From a virus (lineage: Duplodnaviria > Caudoviricetes): 29,208 nucleotides of DNA. The position numbers and the translations under genes were made by a program. The notes beneath the pieces were generated by a model. That model had not been told where the DNA came from. It worked only from the letters and a program-made list of their open reading frames with translations, and ran no database searches. The stretch lies in the IMG/VR virus record IMGVR_UViG_3300008261_000171, positions 1 through 29,208 of that record; one strand, given 5' to 3'. Position 1 is the stretch's first letter; the number at the start of each line of letters is the position of its first letter. This document shows positions 25,201 to 29,208 of this stretch, in pieces.

Positions 25201-26921
25201 GTATTTGATATTTGAGGTATGTTATTAATCAATACGATTGGGTTATTGTTAACATCAATCGAGCTTGTTAATACTGTATTTGTATTTGTATAGATTCCAA
25301 CAATATCTTTTCCGTAATTTTGTAAGAAAAATTCTGTCGAGGATGACCCAACAAATTTTGTTGAAATATCATCAAAAATAACGTTTTTATCATTGGGTGT
25401 TCCTGGATCAAATTTTCTAGTAAATGCTCTTCCAGAAAAACTTGAATTTACTTTTAGACCTTCATATCCAGAAGGTCCATATGGTGCAGTAGTAAAGTGT
25501 ATTTCATCCTTAGAGATATTAAAATCACCTCTGAGAATAGTAACTGCAGTACCAACAGTATGATATCCAACTCTTGACCCCAAATATCCTCTTGTGACAT
25601 TAAATGCATTGGTAGATCCTATGCCAATGGTATTGATTTTTAAATATTCAGAATCTAGTTGAATGGTATCTAAAGATGTTATTGATGAAATTCCAGAAAG
25701 ATAAATTATATTTGTTGTAACCCCAACGGTTGAAACTAATGTCGGTGATAAATCTCTTTTATATAATGGACTTTGAATGATATTATCTACTGATATCAAG
25801 ACACTTGCATTTGGATTATCAAATGTGAATGATTGGAAACCTGTTCCATAAGATGTAATATCTAACTCATTTGAAGTAGATAAACCAGAGACTTTATAAT
25901 TATCATTATCTATTTTGGTAACATATAGTGTTGATGGTAATTTATTTGTTCCTAATACTTTTGGAGTCAAATATAAATCATCGGCAGGAGTAATACCACC
26001 AACTAATGAACCCAATATCTTAATTCTATCTGTTAATGCATATCCAACTCCACCATTTGCGACAGAAACCGAAGATATATCACCAAGAGAATTTCTAGTT
26101 ACATCAAATCTTGCTCCACTTCCAAATCCAATTACTGTTGAACTTGGAAGATTTGAGTATGAACTATTTGCTTGTCCAACTATTCTTGTATTTGCAACAG
26201 AAGATACAGTGAATGTCAAATCATTTGCTGGAGTTGTTCCATTCATGAATGTTCCAGAAATAGAAACAGTATCACCAATGGCATAACCTCTTCCACCTTC
26301 TCTTAGCACTAAAGATGTAGAGATGGGATATCCAGTGGATGAATTATAAACAATAAAAACATTAAATTTTGCCCCAGTCCCAACACCACTTGTAGAATAT
26401 GAAGGGAATGGGTCAAAAAATCCATAAAATCTATTCTGATTGAGAGAATAGTCTGGAGTTATAGAAGCAGAAGTTCCTACAATAGTAGTTGATATTGCAA
26501 CATTATATCCATTTTCAAAAATAGAAGTTCCATTACCACCTTCAACTTGCATAATAATTGAAGACTCTGTAGATGCTACAGACAAATACGGAGCAGTATC
26601 TGGACCTTTTCTAACAATTAATGAACTTTCGACATAAGATGTAGTAGCAATTCCAACTTGTGTTCCTAAGTCTTCAGTTGTTGGGAAATATCCAGATCCA
26701 GGATTTAAAACGGCAATTCTTTTAATTGAACCACCAACAATTACTGGATAAAATAATCCCTCAACAAGAGGTGCTTTAGTTCCAAATATTTCTATTTTTG
26801 GTGGATCAGTTGAGGCATACCCAGCACCACCATTCAAAACATCTATAGATGAAACACCATATTCTGAATTAAAGTTAGGTCTTAATACAGCACCTGAACC
26901 TGGAACTTCTCTTGTTGACAT
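22269..26921 (-). CDS. Baseplate wedge initiator gp7-like protein (C-terminal-type part), with beta-propeller insert; C-terminus probably frameshifted
   Basis: Immediately upstream of gp8. Many G.GA...V......I..I.V.N.G.GY repeats, DDIS..F.G domains, LISVDNIIQSPL, GYQPLVGAGAT, FYRGS..DV, TIKEGD.IQI, RPLRW.KQ..D.IING...SK.R. Asp-box-like blades at about 22790-23745. Confidence 0.75.
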   Translation of the reverse strand: MSTREVPGSGAVLRPNFNSEYGVSSIDVLNGGAGYASTDPPKIEIFGTKAPLVEGLFYPVIVGGSIKRIAVLNPGSGYFPTTEDLGTQVGIATTSYVESSLIVRKGPDTAPYLSVASTESSIIMQVEGGNGTSIFENGYNVAISTTIVGTSASITPDYSLNQNRFYGFFDPFPSYSTSGVGTGAKFNVFIVYNSSTGYPISTSLVLREGGRGYAIGDTVSISGTFMNGTTPANDLTFTVSSVANTRIVGQANSSYSNLPSSTVIGFGSGARFDVTRNSLGDISSVSVANGGVGYALTDRIKILGSLVGGITPADDLYLTPKVLGTNKLPSTLYVTKIDNDNYKVSGLSTSNELDITSYGTGFQSFTFDNPNASVLISVDNIIQSPLYKRDLSPTLVSTVGVTTNIIYLSGISSITSLDTIQLDSEYLKINTIGIGSTNAFNVTRGYLGSRVGYHTVGTAVTILRGDFNISKDEIHFTTAPYGPSGYEGLKVNSSFSGRAFTRKFDPGTPNDKNVIFDDISTKFVGSSSTEFFLQNYGKDIVGIYTNTNTVLTSSIDVNNNPIVLINNIPQISNTDFVIDNAGKNRIKFLTGTPGAGKIVRTGITTGYGYQPLVGAGATVTVSAGGTISGVTIRGFGSGYRTPPKIEVVSNVGSGASLVATIGTGGTITSISIVNAGSGYTSSPPPRVIIGIPSSYSDLPLEYIPGFTGNGSGAKASVVVGNQGNIIGFDIEEPGLYYKVGDILRVVGVTTNSAIGIGFSEFRITVEETLTDKFSGFYPGQFIQFDDISKFFTGTKKKFTLTVSQGGTTEVLSLKSDPSTDLQIENNLFVFINDILQEPVKSYTFNGSRLTFSEAPKENSKCTILFYRGSDLDVEQIDPPKTIKEGDIIQIGENILDPGDRPQFERIVKKIVSSDSLDTFTYDSIGINTDTTKERPLRWMKQTVDRIINGVLYSKSRPDLKSRVTPNTKLIANVFSEDEKIYVNNAFPLFSEVDLLSENLRDVTIVDVDDIEPATSTATVSSASTISNLTISYAGTGYNSLTNPIVSISSAFIQRKDPIYNWEGSNNGISTSYTLNKVAIGKPIISVGSSGVVAISTNGIEWAQSSIGYGQTVSFNSVAVAETSRYYAVGEFGKIVTAVGINTSLSAWTEIKLLEEQVVLGLPDPIINISSYYNTFNDISYSSLRRTAVAVGDGVGLFTGVGIGTTTFFKKNPPVFTNLNGVANNDARFVVVGDGGIIIHSTDGNIWVRIDSLPTTRNFEKIIWTGTQFVAVGQNATIFVSTTGNGGWERIVPNISDDLINIKYEYGVYVALTGTNQLLFSLDLQYWTQRLTNQSNIVKDLAFIPAPPPPEIRPSGPIIAEEGRYLLVGTSGTTMYAEPVYNRATGVSTVTNGSVSSITVVNPGFGYSQSTPPPVLLEGDDAVSEKLYSVKAKGDFGIITYVGVGATHIDFVLKSEQYDNVTLGIGYSSLNTFGVTSSQLEVDDYFVIYNSDSTVGHALTGITTSMGGMNNYPASKVGTATSYLDGVYRVGAVSPSVSGIVMLQTYIELVV

Positions 26922-26926
26922 ATTTT

Positions 26927-27157
26927 TTACTTATTATAAACACCACGGGGAAATAATTGTCCTTTTGCTGGTCTTCTTCCTGTAAGATATCCAGGAGTAG
27001 ATATGTCCTCATCTCTTAATGGAAGATTACCAATAGAAATTGTTCCATTTGTCTCTGGAATTACAAATGGAGTTGTTGCTGAATCAAATGTATATGCAAC
27101 ATTTGCATCTGTTCCAGAAACTTGAGGCTCTAATGAAATGAAAGTGAATTCAGGCAT
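26927..27157 (-). CDS. Small conserved hypothetical protein (76 aa)
   Basis: Fills the gap exactly, TGATG-coupled to the upstream gene, and ends in the distinctive motif GYLTGRRP..GQLFPRGVYNK. Confidence 0.8.
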   Translation of the reverse strand: MPEFTFISLEPQVSGTDANVAYTFDSATTPFVIPETNGTISIGNLPLRDEDISTPGYLTGRRPAKGQLFPRGVYNK

Positions 27158-29037
27158 CAGACTACCCTCGCACAGAATAGAATACCACTTGTTCTTACTG
27201 ACTGAACATAAGAACCAACAATTACTTTATAAACTTCAGATGGGCTTACTGTCACAGTATCATTTTGTTGAATATTTACACCTGGTAAATTGTAAGAGAA
27301 TTCAATTAATACAAAATCATCTGGCATATAATAAGGAACGGGAACTAATTGGCCATTTATTGGTACTCCTTTAATTACAGCATTAAAATCTGCAGTAGAT
27401 GCTATTTGTCTATTATTATTGTATCCACCATTACCTCTTTCTGGTGATTGTGAAGAACTTCTGTAATAAATTCTTTTATTTGTGCTATTTGAACTGTAAT
27501 AGTACTCACCAGGATTATATGCAGCAGTAGAAACATACACATCATCAACGTTAGAATTTACCCAGTTTGAAGAGTTATTCAATGTATTGTATCCAAATTC
27601 TGCTGCTCTTTTTGAATGCTCACTAGCATATTCTTGTCCCCAATTTCCTGCAGTCCAAGTTCTAAAAGTTATATTTGGTCTAAAATTTCCTGTTCCAGAA
27701 AAACCTTGAATAACTTGAGTGAAACCACTTATGAATAACTCATTCAAGTCCCATAAGTTTGGATTTTCAAAGTTATGTAAAATAAAAGTTCCATAAGTAT
27801 TATCCGAAATTTTTTGACTAGAAAGAGTTGGTGCTTTATAAGATAATACTGAGAAAGACGGGTCAATTCCTGAACGATAAACATTTAAATCTAATTTATA
27901 TGCAGTATTTGAACCAGTAGATATTCTATTACTCCATCCATTTTGACTTGAATATCTCAACAATCCATTCATATTCTCAAAACTACTATTATTATCTGCT
28001 GTTGGTCTTCTTGAGTGGTCAAGTTGAGGTGCTCCCGCCCATCGTCTTGAATGTGACAGTCCTCCAAAATTGAAATGTGCAGTAGGATAGGGGTGGAACC
28101 CACTACCTGCACCAAGAATTAAATTAAAGTCATCAGCAAATAAGAACATTCTATATGTTGTTCCATATCTTTTATTTGGATTTATTGTCTGTTTTAGCAT
28201 AGCACCACTGTAATTTGCAGTGGAACTTAGTGTTTTATAATAAAAAGAACTTGTTGTTCCATATCCAATTGGATTTACATCTGCAGCATCTGCTGGAAGA
28301 ACAACAATAGTACCTCCATTGAAGTTTTGCCAATAATCATCAATATAATATGTACCTGCTTGTCCAGGAAGAGGTGTCCATGTTAAAGTACTGCCGTTCT
28401 GAATATTAGATGATGCATTAAATGCTAAACTATGCGGATAATATGCATATCCACCACTGGTTGTCCTTGCAATACCTATACCATAACCATAACTATTAGT
28501 TAATGATAAAGTATCTCCTTCTTTGATTGTTATAGTTGTATTGGCACCACCAACATTACCATTTCTATCTAAACCATTTATGATGAAATTGCTTCCAGAA
28601 ATGTTAGAAAATGTGCAGGCATACGATACTCTTCCAGTTACAGTTGCTGCTATTGCTACTTTAACTTGGAAATCAGCAGCTCCACTTGCGGCACCACCAA
28701 TATTTGCTGCAGATACTGTTACAATTTCTCCTGCAGTATATCCATATCCTGGTCTATTTACATAAATGTTATCAATTATTCCAGAAGTTCTAAAAATATC
28801 TAACGTAAGACCTGTTCCAATTCCAGATGCTGAAGTTGTAGGAACATCATAATAATCATCACCAGTTGTACCAACAGTTCCACCAATACCAGGAGCGAAT
28901 GTTGTAACTCCAACAACAAGACCACTATCAGTCGAGCCATGAAGACCTAACCAATCAAAGGCACTTTCTAGTTGATTGATTAAACTACTGGATGCCCATC
29001 CAGGATTTACAGAAATTGTTGTGGTTGTAATTGCCAT
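27157..29037 (-). CDS. Fiber-associated / putative receptor-binding structural protein (626 aa)
   Basis: G.G....I....V.RPGYGY..GE...V baseplate-type repeat, a small ITIKEGDTL...LTWTP..GQAGTYY beta-sandwich-like module, an N/S/Y/G-rich middle, and C-terminal VIKGVP...PVPYYMPDDFVLI...I...DTVTVS.SEVY.VI......GILFCARVV. Confidence 0.7.
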   Translation of the reverse strand: MAITTTTISVNPGWASSSLINQLESAFDWLGLHGSTDSGLVVGVTTFAPGIGGTVGTTGDDYYDVPTTSASGIGTGLTLDIFRTSGIIDNIYVNRPGYGYTAGEIVTVSAANIGGAASGAADFQVKVAIAATVTGRVSYACTFSNISGSNFIINGLDRNGNVGGANTTITIKEGDTLSLTNSYGYGIGIARTTSGGYAYYPHSLAFNASSNIQNGSTLTWTPLPGQAGTYYIDDYWQNFNGGTIVVLPADAADVNPIGYGTTSSFYYKTLSSTANYSGAMLKQTINPNKRYGTTYRMFLFADDFNLILGAGSGFHPYPTAHFNFGGLSHSRRWAGAPQLDHSRRPTADNNSSFENMNGLLRYSSQNGWSNRISTGSNTAYKLDLNVYRSGIDPSFSVLSYKAPTLSSQKISDNTYGTFILHNFENPNLWDLNELFISGFTQVIQGFSGTGNFRPNITFRTWTAGNWGQEYASEHSKRAAEFGYNTLNNSSNWVNSNVDDVYVSTAAYNPGEYYYSSNSTNKRIYYRSSSQSPERGNGGYNNNRQIASTADFNAVIKGVPINGQLVPVPYYMPDDFVLIEFSYNLPGVNIQQNDTVTVSPSEVYKVIVGSYVQSVRTSGILFCARVV

Positions 29038-29043
29038 TTAAAC

Positions 29044-29208
29044 TTATGCCTCCAGTTGAAGAATGGTTAGATCTGCTGTAATGGATTGGGTAGTTCCCGA
29101 TAAATTTTTAATTGATGCGTAAATTATAATATCTTCAGGATTATCCATATTACCACCCATAACAAATGGAGATATAATTTGTGTGGTAGAAATTCCAGTG
29201 GTGATAAC
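29044..29208 (-). CDS. C-terminal 54 aa of a tail-fiber-like protein (5' end outside the window)
   Basis: Not in the ORF track; translated by hand: VITTGISTTQIISPFVMGGNMDNPEDIIIYASIKNLSGTTQSITADLTILQLEA*, stop at 29046-29044. The ...LTILQLEA ending is one I recognise from cyanophage-like fiber proteins. Confidence 0.75.
   Translation of the reverse strand, partial: VITTGISTTQIISPFVMGGNMDNPEDIIIYASIKNLSGTTQSITADLTILQLEA

Noticed and set aside
26928-26934. ATAAGTA as a late promoter for the gp7-like gene
   Set aside because: It mismatches the TAAATA core and lies only 6 nt from the ATG; too weak to call from sequence alone.
931-28765. Short plus-strand ORFs (61-132 aa) in the ORF track
   Set aside because: All are antisense to long, well-supported minus-strand genes, have no recognisable motifs, and are expected shadows of the codon bias.

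Overview
AT-rich segment of a T4-like myovirus genome, most consistent with a cyanophage-like (Kyanoviridae-type) phage. All 15 genuine genes (two cut by the window edges) lie on the minus strand and form a late virion-structural module. In transcription order (right to left): end of a fiber-like gene; 626-aa and 76-aa fiber-associated genes; a 1550-aa gp7-like baseplate wedge protein; gp8; a 2516-aa VrlC/DUF4815-like protein; three small structural genes; a 459-aa protein with its own late promoter, RBS and terminator; a 451-aa fiber-like protein; an S8 subtilisin-like protease; a 120-aa mini-fiber; a 1710-aa hierarchically repetitive protein; an Mtd_N-domain protein; and a partial conserved gene. 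Family assignments come from motif recognition and recalled synteny, not database searches. Most notable: (i) an apparent deletion/frameshift at 22300/22301 that leaves a plausible original gp7-like C-terminus in another frame; (ii) the repeat protein with mosaic identical DNA blocks, possibly a scaffold for the 459-aa protein (hypothesis); (iii) a fiber-coupled protease with a ~200-aa insertion just before its catalytic Ser. No RNA genes, CRISPR arrays or mobile elements were seen.
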